Both the position numbers and the translations under genes were made by a program. From contig JBGSZB010000036.1 in NCBI GenBank assembly GCA_041750555.1, positions 17,473 through 81,472 of the forward strand: DNA of 64,000 bases, given 5' to 3'. Below are positions 10,294 through 20,708 of the stretch, in pieces (position 1 is the first letter of the stretch; every line of letters starts with the position of its first letter). Below the pieces are notes generated by a model. It ran no database searches, was not told where the DNA came from, and saw nothing but the letters and a program-made list of their open reading frames with translations. Source of the DNA: Candidatus Dojkabacteria bacterium (lineage in GTDB: Bacteria > Patescibacteriota > Dojkabacteria > J137).

Positions 10294-11259
10294 TTATTCA
10301 CAACTTTGTAGATACTTCAAACTAAAGCTAGATAAGTCTAATAGATTAATTACGCCATCGTTGTTAACATCTCTACTACCACAACTTTTAGTGTCAAGGG
10401 TTTCTACACACTCTTTAGAATATACTTTCATAAATTCAGTTAAATCTAGAGAATTAATAAACTGATCGTTATTAAAATCCATTGCACCACATAAAACATC
10501 TAAATTATTATCATTAATTAATACCTTAGATATCTCTACTGAAACATTAGCTCCTGTAGCAAAATTACCTGTATAACAAGCATCAATTCGGGAAGCTACA
10601 CTAATTAACTTGTTAGTACCAGTTTCTAAAATTGGACTACCACTATCACCAAAACATAATCCACCACTTTCTCCTCTAAAAGATATTGAATCTCCACCAA
10701 AAGATGTGCTTTCAACACAAAGAGTAGCGCTTTTCCTTAATGGACTTGAAGTTTCTAGAGAATCTTTACCATAACCTACAACTGTATAGTTACAAGAAGT
10801 TGATGCTGTAGCTACCTCTGCATATTGATCTAGTAATATATCTTCACTTAGAATAACAATTGAAATATCACTTGAGATATTTCCATCTAAAATCCAATTA
10901 GGATGAATAAATATCTCTTTAGATCTAATATACTTAGTTTTATCATAGTCAAAGTTTCCTAATTGAAAAAATACTTCACTTGTATCATCAACACAGTGAG
11001 AAGCAGTAACTACAGTATTTTTGTTAATTAATGCTCCTCCACATAGCTCAAACTCAGTAAACGATATCTCACTAACAATATATCCAACAAATGGATAACC
11101 ACTTTCTAATTTACCGCCAAATATAGCGCCAGAATCAAGTGGTGCATTAGATTTTCTTAATCTTTCAGTAACTCCTATTAAAAGAAATATACCAAAAAGA
11201 ATAAAAGTTAATATTAAAACTCTTTTAATTAATTCTTTTTTTGCTAAATTATCATTCAT
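10294..11259 (-). CDS. secreted trypsin-like (S1) serine protease with two C-terminal dockerin-type repeats
   Basis: N-terminal signal/anchor. His site VVTASHC and Ser site GDSGSP. Two DxNxDGxINxLDL repeats (DFNNDQFINSLDL, DVNNDGVINLLDL). Confidence 0.75.
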   Translation of the reverse strand: MNDNLAKKELIKRVLILTFILFGIFLLIGVTERLRKSNAPLDSGAIFGGKLESGYPFVGYIVSEISFTEFELCGGALINKNTVVTASHCVDDTSEVFFQLGNFDYDKTKYIRSKEIFIHPNWILDGNISSDISIVILSEDILLDQYAEVATASTSCNYTVVGYGKDSLETSSPLRKSATLCVESTSFGGDSISFRGESGGLCFGDSGSPILETGTNKLISVASRIDACYTGNFATGANVSVEISKVLINDNNLDVLCGAMDFNNDQFINSLDLTEFMKVYSKECVETLDTKSCGSRDVNNDGVINLLDLSSFSLKYLQSCE

Positions 11260-11260
11260 A

Positions 11261-11893
11261 TTAAATAGGGTTTCTTTTTCTTCTAAAAAGTATAAGAGTC
11301 ATTGAAATAATAAAAAACGATATAGAGATAATTAACCCTATACTACTAAATATTAAAACATCATCGTTTGTATCTATATTAAATCCTCCAATAGTAACTA
11401 TATCTTTTTCATCTTCCTTTACAATCTTATCCTCTAAACTATCTAAATCTTCTCTTAAATCTTCTCCATTAGAATAAAAACTACCATTAGCTTTAACAAT
11501 TGAAAACTTATCGCTATCTAATACTTTAAAAGTTAGAAATCCTAGAGATTCATTTAAAGTTAATTCACTATCCTTAACGAGTGTTGCACAAACCCTATTA
11601 TCAGTAAAATATTCTCCATTTGTACAATCAGGATTTACAATTACAAAATCTTTAGCATTATATATTTCAAAATCAGTAATCCTGATCCCTGTAGAAATGA
11701 TGCTAATCTTTACACCATTCTCACGATCTTCAGGAGTTGCTTTTAACTCTAAGGTATAGCTTTCTCCATTAGTAAACGATGTATAGTTGTTAACTAAGTA
11801 ATATGCTTTTGCATTAAAGGTAATATTTGAGAAGATACTAAACATTAAAAATGTAATTAGTAATATTTTTCTATGTAATTTTATAGAATTCAT
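11261..11893 (-). CDS. surface protein with signal peptide and C-terminal TM anchor plus basic tail
   Basis: MNSIKLHRKILLITFLMFSIFSN signal. C-terminal hydrophobic segment followed by RRKRNPI. Confidence 0.4.
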   Translation of the reverse strand: MNSIKLHRKILLITFLMFSIFSNITFNAKAYYLVNNYTSFTNGESYTLELKATPEDRENGVKISIISTGIRITDFEIYNAKDFVIVNPDCTNGEYFTDNRVCATLVKDSELTLNESLGFLTFKVLDSDKFSIVKANGSFYSNGEDLREDLDSLEDKIVKEDEKDIVTIGGFNIDTNDDVLIFSSIGLIISISFFIISMTLILFRRKRNPI

Positions 11894-11978
11894 TAAATTT
11901 AGTTAACAAGTCATTCTAATATATTACAAGTGAAGTTTAAATAACTAATTAATAACCAATAATTAACTCTAATAATTA

Positions 11979-13433
11979 TTAGTTATTTAATATTACTTTT
12001 GAGGCTTTAAAGAGAGTATCTTCATTAAACATATTTGCCATTAATTGAATTCCTATTGGTAAACCTTTACTATCTACACCAAGAGGTAAACTAATTGCAG
12101 GAATTCCAGCTAAATTAGCAGTAACAGTAAATATATCTACTAAATACATTTGAATAGGATCATTAATCTTTTCTCCAATTTTAAATGCAGTAGTTGGAGA
12201 TACAGGAGAAATTATTACATCTACATCTTTAAATGCATTTTTAAATTCATTTTTAATCTTTTCGCGAACAAGACTTGCTCTTTTATAGTATTGATCTGAG
12301 TAACCCTTACTTAGTGCAAATGTTCCAATCATTATTCTTCTCTTTACTTCTTCTTCAAAATATTTACTTCTACCCTCACTCAAGTTTTCTTCATAATTAT
12401 CGCTCTCTATTGGTCCATATCTTACACCATCATATCTTGCTCTATTAGAAGATATTTCAGATGGAACTAATACATAGTAACAAGCTAGAGCGTATTTAGA
12501 TGATGGAAGAGATATATCTTTAATTTTAAATCCTTTATCTTTTAATTCTTTAATTTTTAAATCAATAGCCTCCTTAATTTCAGGATTTAATCCATCAATA
12601 AAAAACTCAGGAGCTACTCCAAATGTAATGTTTTTTAATTCAGATTCTTCTATTTTATTTAATGAATCTAAATAGTTAATTGTTTCAGTTTCTGAAGTTG
12701 TTGCATCATTAATATCTTTTCCAGCCATAATGCTCTCTAAAAGAGCCATATCTTCTAAGTTTCTTGTAAAGAATCCTGGTGTATCAAATGAAGAAGCCAT
12801 AGCACCTATTCCATATCTAGAATTCCTACCGTAAGTTGGTTTTAAACCTAAAAGTCCTGTAAAAGATGCAGGTAATCGAACTGATCCCCCTGTATCTGTA
12901 CCTAATGAAAAGAAGCCTACACCACTTAATAGTCCACTAGCACTACCTGAACTTGATCCTCCAGGTGTTCTTTCTAAATCTAGAGGATGTTTAGTTGCTC
13001 CATAACCAGAATTTTCTCCACTACTTCCAAACCCCCAAGGATCACAATTAGCTTTAGCTATTAATATACCTCCTTGATCTAAACATTTTTGAACTACAGT
13101 TGAAGTATATACAGCAATAAAGTCACTCATATATTTAGAACCAAATGTAGTTCTAATTCCATCCACCATGTATAAATCTTTAACAGTGAATGGTATTCCA
13201 AGTAAACTTTTATTTTCTAAATCAGTGTCCCCATTTTGAATTTTCAAATCTAATTCTAAAGCTCTATCAAGCGCACTATCAATTATTGTTATAAAAGCAT
13301 TAGTGTCGCTATTAACACTATGAGCTCTCTCTAAATGCTCTTTAATTAAATCAACAACCCTTAATTCTTTATTTCTTATTCTTTTAACTGTATTAGTTAT
13401 TGTATCTATATTTGGTATTTCTAATTTATTCAT
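11979..13433 (-). CDS. gatA: Asp-tRNA(Asn)/Glu-tRNA(Gln) amidotransferase subunit A
   Basis: Amidase signature GGSSSGSASGLLSGVGFFSLGTDTGGSVRLPASFTGLLGLKPTYGRNSRYG. 484 aa. Confidence 0.85.
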   Translation of the reverse strand: MNKLEIPNIDTITNTVKRIRNKELRVVDLIKEHLERAHSVNSDTNAFITIIDSALDRALELDLKIQNGDTDLENKSLLGIPFTVKDLYMVDGIRTTFGSKYMSDFIAVYTSTVVQKCLDQGGILIAKANCDPWGFGSSGENSGYGATKHPLDLERTPGGSSSGSASGLLSGVGFFSLGTDTGGSVRLPASFTGLLGLKPTYGRNSRYGIGAMASSFDTPGFFTRNLEDMALLESIMAGKDINDATTSETETINYLDSLNKIEESELKNITFGVAPEFFIDGLNPEIKEAIDLKIKELKDKGFKIKDISLPSSKYALACYYVLVPSEISSNRARYDGVRYGPIESDNYEENLSEGRSKYFEEEVKRRIMIGTFALSKGYSDQYYKRASLVREKIKNEFKNAFKDVDVIISPVSPTTAFKIGEKINDPIQMYLVDIFTVTANLAGIPAISLPLGVDSKGLPIGIQLMANMFNEDTLFKASKVILNN

Positions 13434-13643
13434 AGTTTTATTAATTTAATGCAATTATATCTTTTACTATTCTTATTGAGAAGTGTTGTAATATATTTTA
13501 AATTTTAGTACAATAACAGAATTGTTTACAGAAATGAATAACAAATGAATATATTAAATGTCTTTACAACCTTAACTATTTTAAATCTCATTATTATTGA
13601 GAGATTTATTAGGAGGTAAAGATATATATTTTTAAATATTAGA

Positions 13644-13667
13644 AACCTCCTAAAAGGAGGTTTTTTT
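13644..13667 (+). promoter_or_regulatory. hairpin aacctcct-aaa-aggaggtt plus a T run, whose 3' arm is the AGGAGG Shine-Dalgarno of the downstream gene
   Basis: A perfect 8-bp stem sequesters AAGGAGGT 8 nt upstream of the ATG at 13670, followed by TTTTTTT. It is either an SD-occluding regulatory hairpin or a terminator. Confidence 0.4.
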
Positions 13668-13669
13668 AT

Positions 13670-14221
13670 ATGTACTTAAAAAGTAAAGTTGAGACAAAGG
13701 GCTATAGTGAAAAATTGCTTGAAGTAAAAAGAATATATGAGCGTGTTATGGTCCCACGCAAAAATATTATTTATGGTATCCAACCAATAAATCATAGAGA
13801 AGGAGATGAGAGTGAGTCACAATTTTCTAACGAAAGAATTAGATCAATTTTCAAAAATCTTAAAACCTATGGTATAGCTATAATTCCTCCAATTACTTTA
13901 GTTATATTTAGGGGTACACCAGTAATCGTAGATGGTCATCATAGATATAGAGCTATTGGCAAGTATAATGCTTGGTTAAGGCAAAATGGAGAAGAAGAAA
14001 TTACACATATTCCTGTAGATATATTAGATTATGAAGATTATAAGAAGGTAATGCAGTTAGATGAAAGTAACTCAGATGATATGTTTCTGTATCTTGTAGA
14101 ATGTGCAGCAATAAGCTTTATTTCATTAATTGAGCAAACTAAGACCGATTTAGAAAAACCTTTAATAATGCCCGTTCTTCCATTTAGAGAGAATATTGGA
14201 ATAGGAAATGATGAGCAATAG
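13670..14221 (+). CDS. ParB/sulfiredoxin-like nuclease-domain protein
   Basis: GTPVIVDGHHRYRAIG matches the ParB N-terminal domain motif (DGhHR). 183 aa. Confidence 0.5.
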   Translation: MYLKSKVETKGYSEKLLEVKRIYERVMVPRKNIIYGIQPINHREGDESESQFSNERIRSIFKNLKTYGIAIIPPITLVIFRGTPVIVDGHHRYRAIGKYNAWLRQNGEEEITHIPVDILDYEDYKKVMQLDESNSDDMFLYLVECAAISFISLIEQTKTDLEKPLIMPVLPFRENIGIGNDEQ

Positions 14222-14241
14222 TGATGATATAATTTATCTAT

Positions 14242-14484
14242 ATGGAAAATCAATGTATTGAAGATAAATTAAACAGTTATAGAGTAAAAACTTTCAGGGA
14301 GTTAACAACTCTTGTTTGGAGGATTGCTGATAGATATGCTTATTATGAACTCATAATGAGGGAAATTGAAAATGGTTTTTCTATACTAGAGGCAGAAAAC
14401 CAAGTAAACAAGATCTTTGCAATAAGGAGCTTTGAGGATTTTTTAAATTTTGAGTCTGAAAAACTTGGGATACTCGAATCCTAA
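14242..14484 (+). CDS. small hypothetical protein
   Basis: 80-aa ORF directly downstream of the ParB-like gene. Confidence 0.3.
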   Translation: MENQCIEDKLNSYRVKTFRELTTLVWRIADRYAYYELIMREIENGFSILEAENQVNKIFAIRSFEDFLNFESEKLGILES

Positions 14485-15933
14485 TTAATCAACCCCTAAT
14501 ATATATTTATATACATTGTAAACACCATTAGATTCTGTATCTGAAGTTCTATCATCTAATAGAATGTATGATGATTTACCATTAATAGTGATATATGTAT
14601 TTAAATCAATAATATATTCTTGAGAAATAACTTCATTAAGATTTAAACCATCATAATCACTAATCCATAAAGATTTAGTTTCATTATCATTACTACTTAA
14701 AATCATAATACTATTACCATTAGGAGTATATTTAACAAACAAAGTATCTAAATTAATATCAAAACTAGATTCAAAATCAGTATATGTTTTAGAATTACCT
14801 ACAGTTTCTTCAAACTTAATACTTAAGTATTTATTATCTTCTTGTTTAAATAATAAATTTAAAAAGTTAGGAGATATATCTACTAATTCATAATTAAAAT
14901 CAAAAACTCTAGTAAATGATTTATCTAAATCAATAAATATATATTTAGAATTAGTTTTTAAAAGAATAATTTCATTCTCATCTCTAGAAATATATATATT
15001 ATTTACACTATCATCTAATTCAATTAAATCTTCTAAATCTAATACTTCAGCAGCTTGTTTATTAGAATATTCAAATATCTTATTTAAATCTTTTCTGTAG
15101 TAATAAAGAGCTTGACTGTTATTTGCAAATATAGAAGAGGTTTTTAATGAATTGTATTCTATAACACTTAAACTTTTAGAAGATAATTCGTAATAACTTA
15201 AAAGATTATTTGATAATAAAATTAACCCTTCTGAGTTTTGAAACCAACTAAACTTATCTGGATAAAATCCTAAAGTATCGTTAAGTTTAGTTAATGTTGA
15301 AGTTGATATATTTAAATAATAAAGTTCTTTTGTTGTTTTTAAATCAATAATTAAATTATTATTGTTATTTGAAACACTTATTGAATAATCATCTAGTTTT
15401 TTAATAAACTCACTATCTAATTTAATAATTTGAGATGGAGTATTGTTACTAAAATTTAAAAATCCTCTATTTAAACCTAATCTCCAAATACCAATATCTT
15501 CAACCTCTTTAGAATCCTTAATTAAATAATAAAGATATTCACTATTATCTGGTACATATATTTTATCAACTCTAGAATCAGTAGTTTTTTCAAATAATAC
15601 TCTTACAGGAGATAATTGAGCTACAATATCTTCTACAACACCACTTCTTAAATTTACAATTCTTTCCCAATCTCTATACCCATCTTTTTTTAAAGTTACT
15701 TTTGTTATTCCAGGAGTTAACCATTCAACTCTATTTTCATTCTTACTAACCTCCACATCGTTAATATATATACTTACATCTGTGGGAGAACTATTAACTC
15801 TTAAAATACTTGTATTGGTAACAACTCCATTATCATCTATTCTATTACCTTGTGCTAAGGTAATTACGTATATAGATACAGCAGAAAACAGTAATAGCGA
15901 TAAAATTGTAGATAATAATCTTCTCTTCATCAT
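14485..15933 (-). CDS. secreted PEGA-domain protein
   Basis: Signal peptide. VNSSPTDVSIYINDVEVS...LTPGITKVTLKKDGYRDWERIV fits the PEGA domain. Long Asn/Ser-rich C-terminal region. Confidence 0.5.
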   Translation of the reverse strand: MMKRRLLSTILSLLLFSAVSIYVITLAQGNRIDDNGVVTNTSILRVNSSPTDVSIYINDVEVSKNENRVEWLTPGITKVTLKKDGYRDWERIVNLRSGVVEDIVAQLSPVRVLFEKTTDSRVDKIYVPDNSEYLYYLIKDSKEVEDIGIWRLGLNRGFLNFSNNTPSQIIKLDSEFIKKLDDYSISVSNNNNNLIIDLKTTKELYYLNISTSTLTKLNDTLGFYPDKFSWFQNSEGLILLSNNLLSYYELSSKSLSVIEYNSLKTSSIFANNSQALYYYRKDLNKIFEYSNKQAAEVLDLEDLIELDDSVNNIYISRDENEIILLKTNSKYIFIDLDKSFTRVFDFNYELVDISPNFLNLLFKQEDNKYLSIKFEETVGNSKTYTDFESSFDINLDTLFVKYTPNGNSIMILSSNDNETKSLWISDYDGLNLNEVISQEYIIDLNTYITINGKSSYILLDDRTSDTESNGVYNVYKYILGVD

Positions 15934-16025
15934 GGTAAGTATATCACTATAATTTTATGGTTTGTAGTATCATTTTAGAACATTTTTTATATATAATTAC
16001 CAAGCTGTAGTAATATATCATTAGT

Positions 16026-17147
16026 ATGAAAAAAGTTTTAATATTAGTCCCATATTCTTACCCATCTAAATGTGGTGTATGGAGTAGAGCATACTTAGAT
16101 GCTAAATATCTTAAATCAAAAGGATTTGATGTAACAATATTTAGTTCTAATATATTAAAAGGAACTAATGAAAAATTACCTAAAAGTGATGAAATAGATG
16201 GAATAAAGATACTGAGATTTAAAGTATTGTTTAAACTAGGTGGCTCTTCAATGTTTTGGTTTTTTGCTATAAAGTTTTTAAGATTAAATCCAAGTATAGT
16301 TCATACACATGGATTTAGACACCCTCATTCTTTAATGAGTTTAATATTAGGAAAATTAACATTTAAAAAAGTATTATTAACAACTCATGCTCCATTTGAA
16401 AAAGATAATAACAGATCAATATTTTTAAAAATTATAGATACTCTTTACGATTTAATAATTGCAAGAATTGAATTAAAGTTATACAACAATGTAATTAGAA
16501 TATCTAATTGGGAAGTACCGTATTTAAAAAAGTTAGGAGTTAAAAATAGTGTTTTTATACCTAATGGAGTTAATGAAATATTTAATGAAGGAGTAACTTC
16601 TCCTTCTAAAAGTGATGTTCCATTTAAAAGAGTAATATTTATGGGGAGGTTAGATCCTGTAAAGAGATTAGAATGGATAATTAATGTTGCAGAGCAAATT
16701 GAAACTTCTAGTAATAATGTTTTAAAAGATATTAAGTTCTTAATTAGGGGAAGTTTAAATGGTTATGATTCTTTAGAATCTAAAAGTAGTAATTTAACCC
16801 TAGATAAAACTTCGTATGACTATAGTGAATTTATAAGAGAATTAGATACAAGTGATATTTATATATTACCAAGCATTAGAGAAGCTCTTCCATATACATT
16901 ATTAGAGGCAATGTCTAGAGGTAAAATTGTAATTACATCTAATAGCTTAGGGGGTTTAGAAGTTGTAAAAAATGGTATTAATGGATTTATTGTTTCAAAT
17001 GAAACAGAGCTTAGGGAAGTTTTAGAATATATTTATTCTAATTGGGATAAAATGTATAAGATAAGGACAGAAGCTATAAATAGAGCTTTAGAGTATAATA
17101 TTAATCTAGTTAATGAAAAACTTGGTAAAATATACAAACAATTTTAA
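16026..17147 (+). CDS. glycosyltransferase family 4 (GT-B, group 1)
   Basis: C-terminal EALPYTLLEAMSRGKIVITSN motif typical of GT4. 373 aa. Confidence 0.7.
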   Translation: MKKVLILVPYSYPSKCGVWSRAYLDAKYLKSKGFDVTIFSSNILKGTNEKLPKSDEIDGIKILRFKVLFKLGGSSMFWFFAIKFLRLNPSIVHTHGFRHPHSLMSLILGKLTFKKVLLTTHAPFEKDNNRSIFLKIIDTLYDLIIARIELKLYNNVIRISNWEVPYLKKLGVKNSVFIPNGVNEIFNEGVTSPSKSDVPFKRVIFMGRLDPVKRLEWIINVAEQIETSSNNVLKDIKFLIRGSLNGYDSLESKSSNLTLDKTSYDYSEFIRELDTSDIYILPSIREALPYTLLEAMSRGKIVITSNSLGGLEVVKNGINGFIVSNETELREVLEYIYSNWDKMYKIRTEAINRALEYNINLVNEKLGKIYKQF

Positions 17148-17163
17148 ATATTAGAAATTTTTT

Positions 17164-17802
17164 ATGAAGATACCGTCAATAGTTTGGATAATTCTATTAG
17201 TAGTTATAGGTGGAGCTTTTATAATATTTTTATCTCAAAATAAAGCTACCCCAACCGATATTACACTACCTCTTGATGTTGAAGTTTATTCTGACTATAA
17301 CTGCCCTCACTGTGCAACCTTAGTTCCATATGTTTATCAGGTTGTAGAAACTTATGGAGAAGATTTAAATTTAGAAAAGAGACACTTACCATTTTTAACT
17401 GATTCCTCATATACGTATGCATATGCTGCAGAAGCTGCAAGAGACCAAGATAAGTTTGATGAGTACAACTTAGAGTTATTCAAATGGTTAGAGTATGTAA
17501 GAAATAGTGAATCTACAACATTTGAATACTCCGATGAAGAAAAAGAACTATTCTCAAATGATGTTAATTTAGAAACTATTGCACAAAGATATAGTTTAGA
17601 TTTAGAAAAATTTAACTTTGATAGAAATTCAGAAGAAATTAAAGATAGAGTAATACTTGAAAAAAGTAATGTTGTTAAAAGATTAGGTGGTCAATTTACA
17701 CCTGTAGTATTTATTGAAGGTGAGAGATATGAATTAACTACATTTAATGACTTAAGTAATAGAATAGCTGAATTAATTAATTCTGTTAAAGATAATAAAT
17801 GA
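17164..17802 (+). CDS. DsbA-like thiol:disulfide oxidoreductase, membrane anchored
   Basis: N-terminal TM helix. CPHC active site (YSDYNCPHCATL). Confidence 0.7.
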   Translation: MKIPSIVWIILLVVIGGAFIIFLSQNKATPTDITLPLDVEVYSDYNCPHCATLVPYVYQVVETYGEDLNLEKRHLPFLTDSSYTYAYAAEAARDQDKFDEYNLELFKWLEYVRNSESTTFEYSDEEKELFSNDVNLETIAQRYSLDLEKFNFDRNSEEIKDRVILEKSNVVKRLGGQFTPVVFIEGERYELTTFNDLSNRIAELINSVKDNK

Positions 17803-18545
17803 GATTAAATAGATTCTTTACACCTAGAAAACACATTGGTGTTGGAAGTAGTGTAAAGCTTGAAGATAGTGATATTAGTCATATTAGAAAAGTCTTAAGA
17901 CTAGCTCCTGGAGCTCAAATACTTTTATTTAATAATTCAAAAGAATATTTAGCTACTTTAAAAATAGTTTCTAAAGACTTTATAACAGCAGAAATTAAAG
18001 AAAAAGTTAAAGAGTTTGATAATGAGAATACTCGTGAAGTAACTCTATTCCAATCCCTACTAAAGGCTGGTAAGTTTGATTTAATAATTGAAAAGACAAC
18101 AGAATTAGGTATTGATAAATTTATTCCATTAGAAACTGAGTTTTCCCAATCTAAATTAGAAGATGCATCTAAAAAGATTATGAGGTGGAAGAATATTGTA
18201 ATGGCAGCATCAAAACAAAGTGGAAGAATAAAAATGATGGATATATTAAATCCAATAAAGGTAAATAATATAGAATCTTCCCTTATAGAAATAGGTATTG
18301 AAAAGTTAATTGTTTTTGTATCTGAATCTAATTTAAAAAATTGTGAATTTAAGAATATTAAAGATTTAAAACTTGATAACTTTAAAAGAGTAGGAGTAGT
18401 TATTGGAAGTGAAGGAGGGTTTTCCCCAACTGAAATTGAAACTTTTAAAAAACTTGAAGCTATGTTTATAACAATGGATAATGTAGTTTTAAGAAGTGAA
18501 ACTGCATCAGTGTTTTTTAGTGGAATAATTAAGAATCTATATTAA
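17799..18545 (+). CDS. rsmE: 16S rRNA (uracil1498-N3)-methyltransferase
   Basis: MRLNRFFTP N-terminus and C-terminal IGSEGGFSPTEIE...LRSETA motif. 4-nt ATGA overlap with the upstream gene. Confidence 0.75.
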   Translation: MRLNRFFTPRKHIGVGSSVKLEDSDISHIRKVLRLAPGAQILLFNNSKEYLATLKIVSKDFITAEIKEKVKEFDNENTREVTLFQSLLKAGKFDLIIEKTTELGIDKFIPLETEFSQSKLEDASKKIMRWKNIVMAASKQSGRIKMMDILNPIKVNNIESSLIEIGIEKLIVFVSESNLKNCEFKNIKDLKLDNFKRVGVVIGSEGGFSPTEIETFKKLEAMFITMDNVVLRSETASVFFSGIIKNLY

Positions 18546-18587
18546 CTTATATTCAATTATTAATATTGAATACTTTATCTATTAATA

Positions 18588-19937
18588 TTGAAGTTTATGC
18601 TTACTAATATAAAAAACTTTAAAGGTGTGTTAATTCATTTTCTTTTAATATTTTTAACATATATCCCTTTCTTAATATTTAGTTTAATTGAAGTTAGTAA
18701 AGGGGTGAGTAGTGATACTTTAATTCAGTATGTTCAATCTAATATTGGGATTCTTGGTTTATTATTAATGTTATGGCAGGTAACATTAGGTGTTAGATCA
18801 ATTGCAACTATATTTACTAAAGACATTATATGGCTTAACTCAATTCATTCATTCTTTGGAAAATATGGTTTTGTTTTAATAATGTTACATCCAATTCTTT
18901 ATTATTACAGAAGGTTAATTGATGTTGGAGCTATATCATTACCTAATTTAAGTTTAGTTCGTGATCAATATATATTTTTAGGTCAATTAGCAATATTTCT
19001 ATTAGGTAGTTTATGGGTAACTTCAGCAATATTTAGAAATAAATTACCATATAGGTTATGGAAATTTATACACTTTGTATCATACCCTATAATATTCTTA
19101 GTATTTATACATAGTCTTAATATTGGAGTAATTTTAAATACTCCAAGAAGTGATGTATTAAGATACGTTTGGATTATTCTTTTTATTATCTTTATTCTTG
19201 CATCAATTTATAGATTAATTTTCCAAATAGGAATATTAAAGTATAAATATGTTGTATCAGGTGTAACTAAGGTTGCTCTAGATACCTCTAAGATTGATTT
19301 AAAACCTATAAATAAAGTATTAAATATTAATCCTTCTCAGTTTCTATATATTCAAAACAATATTTTTGATGAAGCTCATCCATACACAATATCTCATAAA
19401 AATATGGAAAGTAATGAGATAAGTATTACTGTTAAAAATTTAGGTAAACATAGTGAGTATTTAAATGAATTAAGAATTGGCCATAAAATATATTTAGATG
19501 GTCCATATGGAGTATTTATGCAGGATAAGTCTTTGTTGGATAAATACCCTCTTGTATTATTAGCTGGAGGTATTGGTATTACTCCTTTTGTTGATTATAT
19601 TAATTCATTAAAAACTAAAGAATTAAATCATGATGTTATATTGTTTTTTGGAGCTAAAACTATTGATGATTTAGCTTTTAAAAGTGACTTTGATGAGGTT
19701 TCAAGATTAAACCCTAGGTTTAAGGTTATATATGTCTTAAGTGATGTTAAAGAGAGTATTTCAGGCTTTGAAACTGGATATATTACAGAGGAATTAATAA
19801 AAAGATATATAACTGAGTTTAATAACAGAAAGTATTTTGTATGTGGACCAACATTAATGTTAGAAAAGGTTGAGGAGATTTTAAAGAGTAATAATGTAAG
19901 TATTGATGATATTTATAGTGAGAAGTTTAGTTTCTAA
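18588..19937 (+). CDS. ferric reductase-like (NOX-type) transmembrane flavoprotein oxidoreductase
   Basis: N-terminal 6-TM region with conserved His. HPYTIS FAD-binding motif. GGIGITPF NAD(P)H-binding motif. The track start is TTG; the likely ATG is at 18597. Confidence 0.7.
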   Translation: MKFMLTNIKNFKGVLIHFLLIFLTYIPFLIFSLIEVSKGVSSDTLIQYVQSNIGILGLLLMLWQVTLGVRSIATIFTKDIIWLNSIHSFFGKYGFVLIMLHPILYYYRRLIDVGAISLPNLSLVRDQYIFLGQLAIFLLGSLWVTSAIFRNKLPYRLWKFIHFVSYPIIFLVFIHSLNIGVILNTPRSDVLRYVWIILFIIFILASIYRLIFQIGILKYKYVVSGVTKVALDTSKIDLKPINKVLNINPSQFLYIQNNIFDEAHPYTISHKNMESNEISITVKNLGKHSEYLNELRIGHKIYLDGPYGVFMQDKSLLDKYPLVLLAGGIGITPFVDYINSLKTKELNHDVILFFGAKTIDDLAFKSDFDEVSRLNPRFKVIYVLSDVKESISGFETGYITEELIKRYITEFNNRKYFVCGPTLMLEKVEEILKSNNVSIDDIYSEKFSF

Positions 19938-19952
19938 TATTAATATACTAAT

Positions 19953-20708
19953 TTATTGAGAAGTAAGGAGTAAATATAACTCATCAATGTTTTTAATAAC
20001 TTCTGTATTTAATTTTAAATTAGCTTTGTTACATAATTCTTTAATTTCATTTAATGACCAGTACCTTTGTTTAATAAAAGAAGTATAGGTCTTCGTATCT
20101 ATTGAGTTTTTAATATTTGTTACGATAATCTCTTCTTTTGATATTGAAGTATTAGTTTTACTAAAGTATTTATATGTTTTCCAATTTAAATCATATCTAA
20201 ATTCTGAATCTTGAGTAGTGTAGCTAAAATCAAATTGAGATGGATTAATATTTTCTGGGTTATCAATGTTTATAAGTATTTTGCCGTTTGTTTTTAGTAA
20301 TTTTTTACACTTATTTAAAAGTCTAATGGCATCTTTTTTTGTTAATGCTATTTCATTAAATGTATTCCAAAACATTATTATTAAATCATACTTTACTTTA
20401 GTATCAAATTTAAATATATTCTTGTTATGTAATTTAATGTTCATTTGTAAATCTTTATCAATAGTAGATAACTTTTCTTTAAATAACTGTAGTAATGATT
20501 TAGAACTATCTACAACATCAACTTTAAAATTTTGAGTGGCTAAAATTAAAGAATGTCTTCCACTACCTCCACCTATGTCTAGCACTCTACTATGAGGTGG
20601 TAAGTATTTATTAATTAAACCAATTTCTAGATTAGTAGCATCATCTCCTTTAATAAAAGAATTTACTATATCGTAGTATTTAGCTGTATTATCGTTACTA
20701 TTCTTCAT
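19953..20708 (-). CDS. class I SAM-dependent methyltransferase
   Basis: VLDIGGGSGRHS motif I. Confidence 0.65.
   Translation of the reverse strand: MKNSNDNTAKYYDIVNSFIKGDDATNLEIGLINKYLPPHSRVLDIGGGSGRHSLILATQNFKVDVVDSSKSLLQLFKEKLSTIDKDLQMNIKLHNKNIFKFDTKVKYDLIIMFWNTFNEIALTKKDAIRLLNKCKKLLKTNGKILINIDNPENINPSQFDFSYTTQDSEFRYDLNWKTYKYFSKTNTSISKEEIIVTNIKNSIDTKTYTSFIKQRYWSLNEIKELCNKANLKLNTEVIKNIDELYLLLTSQ

Noticed and set aside
18559-18592. 12-nt direct repeat attaatattgaa x2 just upstream of the ferric-reductase-like gene
   Set aside because: Pure AT-rich sequence in an AT-rich genome. It might be a binding site, but a chance occurrence cannot be excluded and there is no second supporting feature.
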